DNA from: an uncultured Alphaproteobacteria bacterium
GTDB lineage: Bacteria > Pseudomonadota > Alphaproteobacteria > Rhodobacterales > Rhodobacteraceae
Direction: 5' to 3'
Length of the DNA stretch: 64,000 nt
Assembly (NCBI GenBank): GCA_963816545.1
Contig: CAWFLE010000001.1
Span: 528,745-592,744, forward strand
Shown piece by piece: positions 19,383-29,281 of this stretch. The stretch's first letter is position 1, and each line of letters starts with the position of its first letter. The notes beneath the pieces were generated by a model, which made no database searches, was not told where the DNA came from, and was given only the letters and a program-made list of their open reading frames with translations. The translations under genes were made by a program, and so were the position numbers.

Positions 19383-20099
19383 TCAGGCGCCCGCCAGCAC
19401 CTCCTCCACCCAGGTCTGCACGATGTCCGACGCGCGCCCCTGCCGCGCCTCGTCGAACCAGCCCGCCCCCTCCGACGGCTCCAGGTTCAGCTCCAGCGTC
19501 CGCGCGCCCGCGGCGCTCGCCTCCGCCACGAAGCCCGCGGCCGGGTAGACCGCGCCCGAGGTTCCGATGGAGACGAACAACGCGCATCCGCCCAGCGCCT
19601 CCAGCACCTCGTCCATGCCGTAGGGCATCTCCCCGAACCACACCACGTCCGGCCGCACCGCCGACGCGCCGCAGTCCGGGCACGCGGACCGCACCGTCAT
19701 CTCCCCCTCGAACTTCCACCGGCGCCCGCAGGCCGCGCACAGCGCCTGCGCGAAGCTGCCATGGATGTGGATCAGTCCGGCCGGGTCCGCCCCCTCGGCC
19801 TCGCCGGCCCGCTCATGCAGGTCGTCCACGTTCTGGGTCACGATCAGCACCCGCCCCGGCAGCTCGGCCTGCAGGCGGGCCAGCGCGAAATGGGCGGGGT
19901 TCGGCTCCGCCAACCGCGCCGTCTCCCGCCGCATGTTGTAGAAATCCAGCACGAAGGCCGGGTCGCGGACATAGGCCTCGGGCGTCGCCACGTCCTCGAT
20001 CCGGTACTTCGTCCACAGCCCGTCCACGTCGCGGAACGTGCCCAGCCCGCTCTCGGCGGATATCCCCGCCCCCGTCAGGATCACGATCTCCGGCGCCAT
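19383..20099 (-). CDS. cobB: NAD-dependent protein deacylase (sirtuin)
   Basis: ILTGAGISAESGLGTFR, TQNVDDLHERAG, HIHGS, two CxxC, RPDVVWFGE, GTSGAVYPAA. Confidence 0.92.
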   Translation of the reverse strand: MAPEIVILTGAGISAESGLGTFRDVDGLWTKYRIEDVATPEAYVRDPAFVLDFYNMRRETARLAEPNPAHFALARLQAELPGRVLIVTQNVDDLHERAGEAEGADPAGLIHIHGSFAQALCAACGRRWKFEGEMTVRSACPDCGASAVRPDVVWFGEMPYGMDEVLEALGGCALFVSIGTSGAVYPAAGFVAEASAAGARTLELNLEPSEGAGWFDEARQGRASDIVQTWVEEVLAGA

Positions 20100-20176
20100 C
20101 GCCCTGCCTCCCGCCTTGCCACGGCCCGCAGGCTGGCACAGGCGGCGGGCGGGCGCACCCCCCGCTCGGGCCGCCT

Positions 20177-20551
20177 TCATCGGGTCGCAGACCGCCCGCC
20201 ACGCTCCCTCCGCCTCGTCGTCGAACGCCGGCAGACGGGCGCGCAGCGTCTCCGGCAGCGCCTCGCGCATCGGCTCGAAATGCTCCGGCGCCGCGCCGCA
20301 GGTCCGGTGGCCGGGGCCAGGTTCCCGCACCTCGTCCCGGAACGCCCCGGCCGCTCCGTCAGCAGGCCGAGCGTGGTCATGAACTTCCGCCCCTGGCCCG
20401 CGATCTCGTCCTCGGGGAACATGGTCCGCAGATGCGGCGCCCGCCGGAACAGGGCGTGGCGGAAATCCGCCGGCGCCTCGGGCGAGCCCCGGCGCAGGCG
20501 GACGATCTGCTCCCGGACCCTGATGATCCGGGCGTCGTCGTCGCGCGGCAC
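20177..20551 (-). pseudogene. Frameshifted single-domain globin remnant
   Basis: DFRHALFRRAPHLRTMF...GQGRKFMTTL in one frame, GHRTCGAAPEHFEPMREAL..TL...AW in another; shift near 20350-20365. Confidence 0.6.
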
Positions 20552-20611
20552 GGCCTGGGCCTCAGGCTGCGGTCGCCTGACCCCGAGGCGCCTCGCCTCC
20601 CCCGACCCGGA

Positions 20612-21100
20612 TCAACCCGGTTCGGCCAGCAACCCCTGCAGGTCCAGCCGCCGCGTGTGCATCGCGATCGCGCCCTGCGCATCGCGGGGCCAGAGCGCCT
20701 CCGGCCGGTCCCAGTAAAGCTCCACCCCGTTCTCCTCGGGATCGCGCAGGTAAAGCGCCTCCGACACCCCGTGGTCCGAGGCGCCGTCCAGCGCCACCCC
20801 CGCCTCCGTCAACCGCCGCAGCGCATCCGCAAGATCCCGCCGCTCCGGGTACAGGATCGCGAGATGGAACAGCCCCGTGGCCCCCGCCGGCGGCGGCGTG
20901 CCGCCCGCGCTCTCCCAGGTGTTGAAGGCGAGGTGGTGGTGATAGCCCCCCGCCGAGACGAAGGCCGCCTGCGCGCCCATGCGCTGGGTCGGCTCGAACC
21001 CCAGCACGCCGCAGTAGAAGGCCAGCATCCGGTCGATATCCGCCACCTTCAGGTGGACATGCCCGATGCGGGCGCCGGCGGCGATGGGGCGAGGGGTCAT
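20612..21100 (-). CDS. VOC/glyoxalase family protein (CatE-like)
   Basis: RIGHVHLKVAD, SAGGYHHHLAFNTWES, GLFHLAILYP, DHGVSEALYLRDPEENGVELYWD. Confidence 0.85.
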   Translation of the reverse strand: MTPRPIAAGARIGHVHLKVADIDRMLAFYCGVLGFEPTQRMGAQAAFVSAGGYHHHLAFNTWESAGGTPPPAGATGLFHLAILYPERRDLADALRRLTEAGVALDGASDHGVSEALYLRDPEENGVELYWDRPEALWPRDAQGAIAMHTRRLDLQGLLAEPG

Positions 21101-21306
21101 GCTGAGGCTCCTGACATCTGCGCTGCCCCCAATGTCGTGGGGCCGCCGTTCGGCGCCAAGCCGCGCCGCCCGGCCCACACTGTCCGCGGATCGGCGCCAA
21201 TGCGCCTTCGCCTGCGCCGCCCGCGAAGCCCGGAAGCCGGCACGACCGGCGAATGCCGCGCCCGACGCCCTGCATCGCGCAGAGGGGCGGGCGCAGTCCC
21301 CGCGCC

Positions 21307-22002
21307 TCAGGCCTCCACCGTCTCCTCGAACCCCACGAAGCGCGCCGAATCCGCCACCGTCCGGCGCACCGACTTCACGTGGTTGGCCGCGAAGTCCCAG
21401 TCCGGCCAGCCCAGCGCCACGCAGGTCATGATCACATGCTCGTCAGGGATGCGCGCATGCTCCCGCACCACCGGAGACTGCATGATCCCCTGCCCGTTGA
21501 TGACCGCCCCGAGCCCCCGGCTCCAGGCCGCCAGCACCAGCCCGTAGGTCACGGCGCCGAGGTCGAAATGGGCGATGGCATCGCCCTTCTCGCCCAGGTC
21601 CTTGTCGAAGCACACCACCACCGAAACCGGCGCGTCGAACTGCCGGAAGCCGCGCATCACCCAGTCCTGCCGCCGCTCGGCGTCATGACGCTCGATCCCC
21701 ATGGCGGCGAAAAGCTGCTTGGCGATGTCCACCTGCCGGTCGCGATGCACGCCCTCGTACTTGCCGTGGGTGGGGATCTCCCGGCTCGGCGGCACGCCGG
21801 CGAGGTTGCGCTCGGAATTCCCCGCGCGGATCCGGTCCAGCGGCTCGCCGGTCACCACGTGCAGGTGCCAGGGCTGGGTGTTCATCGAGCTCGGAGCGCC
21901 CAGCGCGAGGTCGATCACCTCCTCCAGCACCGCCTTGTCCACCGGCTTCTTGAGGAACCCGCGCACGCTGCGCCGCTCCCGGATCGCCTGGTCCAGCTCC
22001 AT
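21307..22002 (-). CDS. Nitroreductase family protein
   Basis: [33 protein letters not shown]. Confidence 0.88.
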   Translation of the reverse strand: MELDQAIRERRSVRGFLKKPVDKAVLEEVIDLALGAPSSMNTQPWHLHVVTGEPLDRIRAGNSERNLAGVPPSREIPTHGKYEGVHRDRQVDIAKQLFAAMGIERHDAERRQDWVMRGFRQFDAPVSVVVCFDKDLGEKGDAIAHFDLGAVTYGLVLAAWSRGLGAVINGQGIMQSPVVREHARIPDEHVIMTCVALGWPDWDFAANHVKSVRRTVADSARFVGFEETVEA

Positions 22003-22139
22003 CATCCGTCTCCTCCCGTCTTGTCGTTCCGCCCTGCGGCGCCTCCGCCAGCCTACCCCCTCGCGCGCCCGGCGCATACCCGCGCGTACGCCCGCGCACC
22101 CGCTTGACGCGCAGGCGGGACAGCCTCATACGCGAGCGC

Positions 22140-23940
22140 ATGACCGAGCTCTCCAGAATCCGCAACTTCTCCATCGTGGCCCATATCGACCACGGGAAAT
22201 CCACCCTCGCCGACCGGCTGATCCAGATCACCGGCGGGCTGACGGACCGCGAGATGAAGGAGCAGGTCCTCGACTCCATGGACCTGGAGCGCGAACGCGG
22301 CATCACCATCAAGGCGCAGACCGTGCGCCTGAACTACACCGCCAGGGATGGGCTGGACTACATCCTCAACCTGATCGACACCCCCGGCCACGTGGACTTC
22401 GCCTATGAGGTCTCCCGCTCCATGCGCGCGGTGGAGGGCTCCCTGCTGGTGGTGGACGCGTCCCAGGGCGTCGAGGCGCAGACGCTGGCCAACGTCTACC
22501 AGGCCATCGACGCCAACCACGAGATCGTCCCCGTCCTCAACAAGATCGACCTCCCCGCCGCCGAGCCGGACCGCGTGAAGGAACAGATCGAGGACGTGAT
22601 CGGCATCGACGCCGAGCATTCCGTCCTGATCTCCGCCAAGTCCGGCCTCGGCATCCCCGAGGTGCTGGAGGCCATCGTCACCCGCCTCCCCGCCCCCCAG
22701 GGCGACCGCGACGCCCCCCTCAAGGCCATGCTGGTGGATTCGCTGGTACGACGCCTATCTCGGCGTCATCGTCCTCGTGCGCATCCGCGACGGCGTCCTG
22801 AAGAAGGGCGACAAGATCCGCATGATGTCCACCAAGGCCGACTACCAGGTGGACAACCTCGGCATCTTCGCTCCCACCCGCACCCCCGTGGACCAGCTCG
22901 AACCCGGCGAGATCGGCTTCCTCACCGCCTCCATCAAGCAGGTCCGCGACACCCGCGTCGGCGACACCATCACGCATGAAAAGCGCCCTGCCGCCAACAT
23001 GCTGCCGGGCTTCAAACCCTCCATCCCCGTGGTGTTCTGCGGCCTCTTCCCCGTAGACGCCGCCGATTTCGAGGATCTGCGCGAAGCCATCGAGCGCCTG
23101 GCCCTCAACGACGCCTCCTTCACCTACGAGATGGAGACCTCCGCGGCCCTCGGCTTCGGCTTCCGCTGCGGCTTCCTCGGCCTCCTCCACCTCGAGGTCG
23201 TCCGAGACCGCCTCGAACGCGAATACGACATCGACCTCGTCACCACCGCCCCCTCTGTGGTCTACCGCCTCAACATGCACGACGGCGAGGTGAAGGAGCT
23301 TCACAACCCCGCCGACATGCCCGACCTCACCTATGTCGCCTCGGTCGAGGAGCCGTGGATCAAGGCCACCATCCTCGTCCCCGACGAATATCTCGGCGCG
23401 GTCCTGAAGCTGTGCGAGGACCGCCGCGGCCAGCAGCGCGACCTCACCTATGCCGGCTCCCGCGCGATGGTGGTCTACGACCTGCCGCTGAACGAGGTGG
23501 TGTTCGACTTCTACGACCGCCTGAAATCGGTGACCAAGGGCTACGCGAGCTTCGACTACCAGATCGAGGGCTACCGCGAGGACAACCTCGTGAAGATGTC
23601 GATCCTGGTGAACGACGAGCCTGTGGACGCCCTCTCCACCATGGTCCACCGCGACCGGGCCGAGATGCGCGGCCGCGCGATGTGCGAGAAGCTGAAGGAC
23701 CTGATCCCGCCGCACATGTTCAAGGTGCCCATCCAGGCGGCGATCGGCGGCCGCGTGATCGCGCGCGAGACGATCCGCGCGATGCGCAAGGACGTGACCG
23801 CGAAGTGCTACGGCGGGGACGCGACGCGCAAGCGCAAGCTGCTGGACAAGCAGAAGGCGGGCAAGAAGAAGATGCGCCAGTTCGGGAAGGTGGATATCCC
23901 GCAGGAGGCGTTCATCAATGCGTTGAAGATGGATGGGTGA
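22140..23940 (+). CDS. lepA: Translation elongation factor 4 (LepA), with a +1 frameshift near 22742 (probably a sequence error)
   Basis: [35 protein letters not shown] / [33 protein letters not shown]. Confidence 0.95.
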
Positions 23941-23950
23941 TTAAAATACG

Positions 23951-24999
23951 CTAAATACCGAAGAAGGCTTTGTAGATAGATTGAAATCTTTTTGAGAAGT
24001 TTATTTTAATTTGCTTCTCTCCTGACTTATAAATCCACAAAGTATTTTCGTTGCTGAAGCCGGTCAGACTACGACTTTCTTTTGTGTGGGCGTCATATAA
24101 ATAGGCCAAAAGCATGGAGCCTCGTGTATCTAGTTTACGAGGATAGTAGGTGGCAACAGTCCTATCACGCAGCAGAGAGCGCACTATATACGAGTTCAAT
24201 ACCTTGCCGATCTCTGTCATGTGGATCGTATTTACAAATAAATCGCCCACATCATTGTAGTTACTAAGAAGAATGAATGAACTACTGCTTCACTTTGGAT
24301 GTCTAGACGTTGGATTATATATATAACTATGGGAACTTTTTGCAGTTTTCCATAAGTATTTGAAACAACTTCAAAAAATCCTCCGTACGCAAGCTCTAGA
24401 TTTCCCCGAGAGGTCATTTCATCAAGTAAGGGATTAAGATAGAATTTTAATTCATCGTGAAGGATATTTTCTTCGTCTGACATTGCGTCTGAGACTCCAG
24501 TGTCCGACTCTTGGTCAAATCGAAGATCGAGATATCGAGAATGGCCATCGCCTGATCCACTAGTTAGTAGAATATCTCCTTCGAAATCATGTGCATAAGT
24601 GTTAATCGAATTTACCGAAAAGCACCGGGACCCGTTCGAGTCCTCGAAACTCCAATAAAATATCAATGATAGTTCGTCTATCGCGCTTTGAGCCAATCCC
24701 ACAGCACGAACGGTATTAAATATCTCGTTGACATCATGAGGTTTCGGACATTTTTCCATTAGGTCTCTAAGAACCATTCGAGCCGTTATTACGGGACCAG
24801 CGAAGGCCACATAAAAATCGTCGCTGATCTTGACAATTTTCTGAAGAGCGCCCGTTATATTTGTCTTCGCATGAACGCCGCCCCTTGGAAGCAGAGGGAG
24901 TTTCATATTTTTATCTCGGAATGATTGTTCGGAAGATACGACTATATCGCCTCCGAGAACACTTAAATTTCCGTACTTCCGAAACCTGATTAGCGTCAT
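23951..24999 (-). CDS. AT-rich gene for a proteasome-beta/Ntn-hydrolase-like protein, split into ORFs 24232-24999 and 23951-24250 by a probable 1-bp deletion
   Basis: M-T-L-I start, GGD, QKIVKI, VAFAG, TSGSG, YGGFFEVV; GGGAG RBS; one extra base near 24268 would join the frames into about 349 aa. Confidence 0.6.
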
Positions 25000-25122
25000 A
25001 GTTCACTCCCGACGTACTTTCCCGCGATATGGTTCTAACTCGTCACTCGCGCTACATCTCCACGCCCGGTCGGTCTGACGACCACGGCCGATCCTCCGCC
25101 CGCTCCACGTCCCGCGCCATGC

Positions 25123-25213
25123 CGTAGGGCGGGTGCTAACCCGCCATCCCCGGCCCGCCACCCGGCGCCACCCTTCCGGCCTCCCGCCGCGGCGGGTTAG
25201 CATCCGCCCTACG
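25123..25213. repeat. GTAG-type REP doublet (REPIN-like)
   Basis: CGTAGGGCGGGTGCTAACCCGCC (25123-25145) and inverted copy GGCGGGTTAGCATCCGCCCTACG (25191-25213), 1 mismatch; each copy is GTAG followed by a hairpin. Confidence 0.8.
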
Positions 25214-25330
25214 TCCCCACGTCCCGCCGGTACGACGACCACGGCCAATCCTCGGGCCGCGCCACATACCCGTGCTTCACCGGGTTCCGCCAGCGATACC
25301 CCACATGCGCCGCAAATCCCGCCGCTGCCG

Positions 25331-25508
25331 TTAACCTTCGTGCCATACGCCTGCCATACGTTTTGCAGACGCTTCGCATACGCGAAACGAATGATTAACC
25401 TTACCTTCCAGATGGTTAATCCCATGCGCCCAGCGCATGGCTGGTTAATGCGCCCGGGCCCCGCCGACCCCGCCCCCGACCCTCCCGCCGTTAACCATCT
25501 TCTTAACC
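25331..25508. promoter_or_regulatory. Cluster of six TTAACC hexamers (putative CtrA half-sites)
   Basis: TTAACC at 25331, 25395, 25491, 25503; GGTTAA at 25414, 25443; two are full TTAACCAT. Confidence 0.5.
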
Positions 25509-25517
25509 TTCGGGCCC

Positions 25518-25811
25518 ATGCTCCTCCGCATGACACGCCTCGCGCTTCTGCTCCTGCTGGCCGCCTGCGCCTCCCCCTCCCCCGCCTATCTTGGCGCGGA
25601 GGAGACCGAGCTCGCGCTGAACGGCGCCCGATTCCATGTTTTCCGTCTGTCGGAAAGCGCGCAGGTCATCCGCATGGGCGAAACCCGCCTGGACCCGGAC
25701 GTCCTGATCGAGGATTCGCGCCGCGCCGCCGCCCTCGCCACCGGCTGCGAGCCCCGGAAGGTCACCCGATTTGACGGTTCCGTCATCGATTTCGCCCTGG
25801 TCTGCGAATGA
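25518..25811 (+). CDS. Small hypothetical lipoprotein
   Basis: Lipobox LLLLAAC; start could also be 25530. Confidence 0.65.
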   Translation: MLLRMTRLALLLLLAACASPSPAYLGAEETELALNGARFHVFRLSESAQVIRMGETRLDPDVLIEDSRRAAALATGCEPRKVTRFDGSVIDFALVCE

Positions 25812-25897
25812 CCCCATGCGCCCGAGCCCTTTACTAACCCCCCTCAAGACCCAAAATTGTGATCCCGACACAGACAGGAGAGTCGGGAGTCCTTCGA

Positions 25898-26491
25898 ATG
25901 CTCGAAACGATCGTTTTCGCCGTCACGCTCGCCGGCGGCATCGCTCTGGGATTGCTGCTCGTCTACGCCCTCATCGACGGACGCTTCAGCTTCTGGCCCG
26001 CGCCGGACAAGACGTCCTGGCAGTTCAACGTGGCCTTCGGCCTGTTCCGCGTGTTCTGCGGCGGCACCGTGATCTACGCGCTGCTGGACTGGGGCTCGCT
26101 CGGCTGGGATCACTGGTCCCGCCTCGCGATCGGAACCCCGATCATGGTCGGCGCCTTCATGATCACGCTGCGCGGATACGCCTTCCTCGGGCTCGACAAC
26201 ACCTATTGCGGGCAGGACGGGCTGGTGACGGGCGGGATCTACGCCTATTCGCGCAATCCGCAGTACGTCTCGTCGGTGGTCGCCACCTTCGGGCTGGCGA
26301 TCTTCGCCGGGTCCTGGGGTACGTTCGGCCTCGCGCTGGCGCTTCTCGCGCTCTACACGCTGTTCGCGCTGAACGAGGAACGGTGGCTTCATCAGGGGTA
26401 CGGCGACCGCTTCGTCGAATACATGAAGGAGGTGCCCCGCTTCCTCGACGTCCGCACCTTCCGGCGCGCCCGGCAAGCGCTGGCCTCCTGA
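25898..26491 (+). CDS. Isoprenylcysteine carboxylmethyltransferase/PEMT family membrane protein
   Basis: Multiple TM segments, LVTGGIYAYSRNPQY, EERWL...YG..FVEYMKEVPRF. Confidence 0.8.
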   Translation: MLETIVFAVTLAGGIALGLLLVYALIDGRFSFWPAPDKTSWQFNVAFGLFRVFCGGTVIYALLDWGSLGWDHWSRLAIGTPIMVGAFMITLRGYAFLGLDNTYCGQDGLVTGGIYAYSRNPQYVSSVVATFGLAIFAGSWGTFGLALALLALYTLFALNEERWLHQGYGDRFVEYMKEVPRFLDVRTFRRARQALAS

Positions 26492-26495
26492 CGCG

Positions 26496-26530
26496 AAAAA
26501 GCCCCCGCGGCCGGACCGCGGGGGCTTTTT
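26496..26530. terminator. Bidirectional intrinsic terminator
   Basis: AAAAAGCCCCCGCGG-CCGGA-CCGCGGGGGCTTTTT between convergent genes. Confidence 0.9.
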
Positions 26531-26549
26531 GCTGCGACAGGGCGAGGGC

Positions 26550-26861
26550 TTACGCCGCCGCCTTGTCGTCCTCTTCCTCGTCGCGCTCGCCGCGGAGCGC
26601 GACGGACGTGCGGATGCCCTTCTCCACGAAAGCCATCAGGCCCTTCACGGAGCGCTCATTCGGCTCGATCCCGGCGCAGGACAGAACCTCGCGGCCGTCC
26701 TTGCTGCGGGCCCAACGGGCGATGTTCTCAACGCCCGTCCCATTCTTGCGCTGCTCCATGACCGCGTCGTCAAGGGCTGCGAGGACCACGGCGGCGAAGA
26801 GCTTACGAGCCCGCGCGCCCTGGTCGTTCGTGTAAGAGCTCATATCGGCTGCGTCGAACAT
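26550..26861 (-). CDS. Conserved Rhodobacterales hypothetical protein (DUF6280-like)
   Basis: RARKLFAAVVLAALDDA...IARWARSKDGREVLSCAGI; AAGGAGG RBS. Confidence 0.8.
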   Translation of the reverse strand: MFDAADMSSYTNDQGARARKLFAAVVLAALDDAVMEQRKNGTGVENIARWARSKDGREVLSCAGIEPNERSVKGLMAFVEKGIRTSVALRGERDEEEDDKAAA

Positions 26862-27074
26862 CGCGCCGCGTCCTCCTTCGGGATCCTTAGGAAAGTCGGA
26901 CCGTTTCTAGTCTGTCGCAAATCCTTCAAGCTAGCGCTGTGAGCGCATGGCAGACATGTCCGCAACGCATAGCTCGTTGGTCCGACCTCTCCGGCCTTGC
27001 CCGGAGGACGCCGACCCGACATCCTCCCGGCGCGACCGGGAAACCGGCGAGTCATCTAGGCCGAAGGATGCGCC

Positions 27075-28436
27075 GTGCAACCCCTGCATGACGGACGCGT
27101 GACGGCGGGCCCCCGAGCCCGCTGGGCATGGATGATGTTCGACTGGGCCTCGCAGCCCTATCACACGCTCATCATCACCTTCATCTTCGCGCCCTACTTC
27201 GCTTCGGCCGTGGCGCCGGACGCGGTCACGGGGCAGGAGATGTGGGGCTGGGCCGCGACCGCAGGCGGCCTCGCGGTCGCGATCCTGTCGCCGCTTCTGG
27301 GCGCGGTGGCGGACGCCGCAGGCCCCCGCCGCCCGTGGATCGCGCTGTTTTCACTGCTTTACGTCATCGGCTCGGCGCTCCTGTGGTGGTCGGCGCCCGG
27401 TGCGGCGGATCCGGGGCTGGTGCTGACGGCCTTCGTGATCGGCCTGATCGGCGTCGAATTCGCCACCGTCTTCACCAACGCCATGATGCCGACCCTCGCG
27501 CCGCCCGAAGCGCTCGGACGCCTCTCGGGCTCCGGCTGGGCGCTCGGCTACGTGGGCGGCGTCGTGTCGCTCATCATCATGCTCCTGCTGCTGGCGGAGA
27601 ACGACGCGGGCGTCACGCTGCTCGGCACGCCCCCCGCCTTCGGTCTCGACCCGGAGACGCGGGAGGGCACGCGCGCCGTCGGCCCCCTGACCGCCATCTG
27701 GTACGTGATATTCGTGGCGCCGCTGTTCCTCTACGTCCCGGATGTCCGGCGGCGCGCCTCGAAAAGCGGCGTTCTGAGGCAGGGGATGCGCGAGCTTCGC
27801 GCCTCGCTCGCGGACCTCAGGCGGCGGCCGAGCCTGAGCTGGTTCCTCGGCGCCTCCATGATCTATCGCGATGCGCTGAACGGGTTCTACGTGTTCGGCG
27901 GGATCTACGCGGCCGGGGTGCTCGGCTGGTCGGTGGTGGAGATCGGCGTCTTCGGCATCCTCGCCGCCGTGTCCGGCGCCATCGGCGCCTGGCTCGGGGG
28001 CCGCACGGATTCGGCCCGCGGCCCGAAGCCCGTGGTGACCGTCAGCCTCGTCATTCTGATCTTCGCCTCCTGCCTCGGCGTTTCGGTCACGCGGGCGGCG
28101 GTTCTTTTCGTCCTTCCGGTGGACGAGGCCTCCTCCCTGCCCGACATGCTCTTCTACATCGCCGGCGGACTGGTCGGCGCCGCCGGAGGCGCGCTCCAGG
28201 CCGCGTCCCGCACCCTGCTGGTGCGCCAGTCGAACGAGGCCCGCATGACCGCCGCTTTCGGACTCTACGCCCTCGCCGGGAAGGCCACGGCCTTCGTCGC
28301 GCCGCTCGCCGTCTCGGTCGCCACCGGCATCTGGGACAGCCAGCAGGCCGGCATCGCGCCTGTGATCGGGCTCTTCGTTCTGGGGTTGCTCCTGCTGATC
28401 CCGGTCCGCGCCGGGGGCGAGGAGGCGCGGGCATGA
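27075..28436 (+). CDS. MFS transporter (UMF1/BtlA-like)
   Basis: AWMMFDWASQPYHTLIITFIFAPYF, about 12 TM segments, QAASRT, FGLYALAGKATAF. Confidence 0.85.
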   Translation: MQPLHDGRVTAGPRARWAWMMFDWASQPYHTLIITFIFAPYFASAVAPDAVTGQEMWGWAATAGGLAVAILSPLLGAVADAAGPRRPWIALFSLLYVIGSALLWWSAPGAADPGLVLTAFVIGLIGVEFATVFTNAMMPTLAPPEALGRLSGSGWALGYVGGVVSLIIMLLLLAENDAGVTLLGTPPAFGLDPETREGTRAVGPLTAIWYVIFVAPLFLYVPDVRRRASKSGVLRQGMRELRASLADLRRRPSLSWFLGASMIYRDALNGFYVFGGIYAAGVLGWSVVEIGVFGILAAVSGAIGAWLGGRTDSARGPKPVVTVSLVILIFASCLGVSVTRAAVLFVLPVDEASSLPDMLFYIAGGLVGAAGGALQAASRTLLVRQSNEARMTAAFGLYALAGKATAFVAPLAVSVATGIWDSQQAGIAPVIGLFVLGLLLLIPVRAGGEEARA

Positions 28437-29281
28437 AGGCGCTGATCCTGATCCTGACGCTTCTCGCCGCCCCCGCCTCGGCGCAGCCGTTGGCCAAGAC
28501 CCTGTTCGGGGCCGCCCGGACCGCCTCCTCCCAGTCGCCTGCGCCCATCGGCTCCTACGCCGAGGGCTGCCTCGCAGGCGGCGTGCAGATCCCGCTGGAC
28601 GGGCCCGGATGGCAGGTGGTCCGCCCCTCCCGCAACCGCAACTGGGCCCACCCCGAGAGCTTCTCCTTCGTCACCCGTCTCGCCGCGGCGGCGCAGGAGA
28701 TAGGGTGGCCCGGCATCCTCGTGGCCGACATCTCCCAGCCCCGCGGCGGGCCGATGACCGATGGTCACGCCTCCCACCAGCTCGGCCTCGACCTCGACAT
28801 CTGGATGCGGCCCGCCCCGGCCGCCCCCATGTCGCGGGAGGTGCGGGAGGCGGCGGCTTCGGTGATGATGGTCGCGCCCGACCGACGCCGCGTGACCTCC
28901 GACTGGACCCCCTCCCACGCCGAGGTCCTGCGCGCAGCCGCCGAGGATTCGGCCGTCGCCCGCATCTTCGTCAACGCCGCCATCAAGGCCGAGCTCTGCC
29001 GCGGCGTCCCCGCCCCCCGCCCCTGGCTTGCGAAGATCCGCCCGTGGTGGGGGCACGACTCGCATTTCCACGTCCGCCTCGCCTGCCCCGTCGGCGCCGC
29101 CGCCTGCGAGGATCAGGATCCGCCGCCCGAAGGCGACGGTTGCGACGCCTCCCTCGACTGGTGGTCCTCGGACGAGGCGCTGAACCCGCCGCCTCCGAAG
29201 ACGCCCCCCGTCCGGCGGCGGGACGTGATGACCCTGGCGGACCTGCCGCCCGCCTGCGCCGCGGTGCTCGATGCGGACTAG
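28433..29281 (+). CDS. mepA: Penicillin-insensitive murein endopeptidase
   Basis: GSYAEGCLAG, RNRNWAHP, SQPRGGPM..GHASHQLGLDLDIW, RPWWGHDSHFHVRL. Confidence 0.9.
   Translation: MKALILILTLLAAPASAQPLAKTLFGAARTASSQSPAPIGSYAEGCLAGGVQIPLDGPGWQVVRPSRNRNWAHPESFSFVTRLAAAAQEIGWPGILVADISQPRGGPMTDGHASHQLGLDLDIWMRPAPAAPMSREVREAAASVMMVAPDRRRVTSDWTPSHAEVLRAAAEDSAVARIFVNAAIKAELCRGVPAPRPWLAKIRPWWGHDSHFHVRLACPVGAAACEDQDPPPEGDGCDASLDWWSSDEALNPPPPKTPPVRRRDVMTLADLPPACAAVLDAD

Noticed and set aside
22735-22750. Split lepA as a biological feature
   Set aside because: One extra base breaks the conserved DSWYD motif and both halves are otherwise intact; likely an error. It sits beside a GANTC site, as does one ecm indel, but two cases do not make a pattern.
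23880-25120. Prophage or integrative element at the lepA 3' end
   Set aside because: No integrase and no duplicated lepA 3' end (att repeat) found.
25898-26491. MddA methanethiol methyltransferase linked to the dsyB sulfur pathway
   Set aside because: Only generic ICMT/PEMT motifs are visible and I recognise no MddA-specific blocks.
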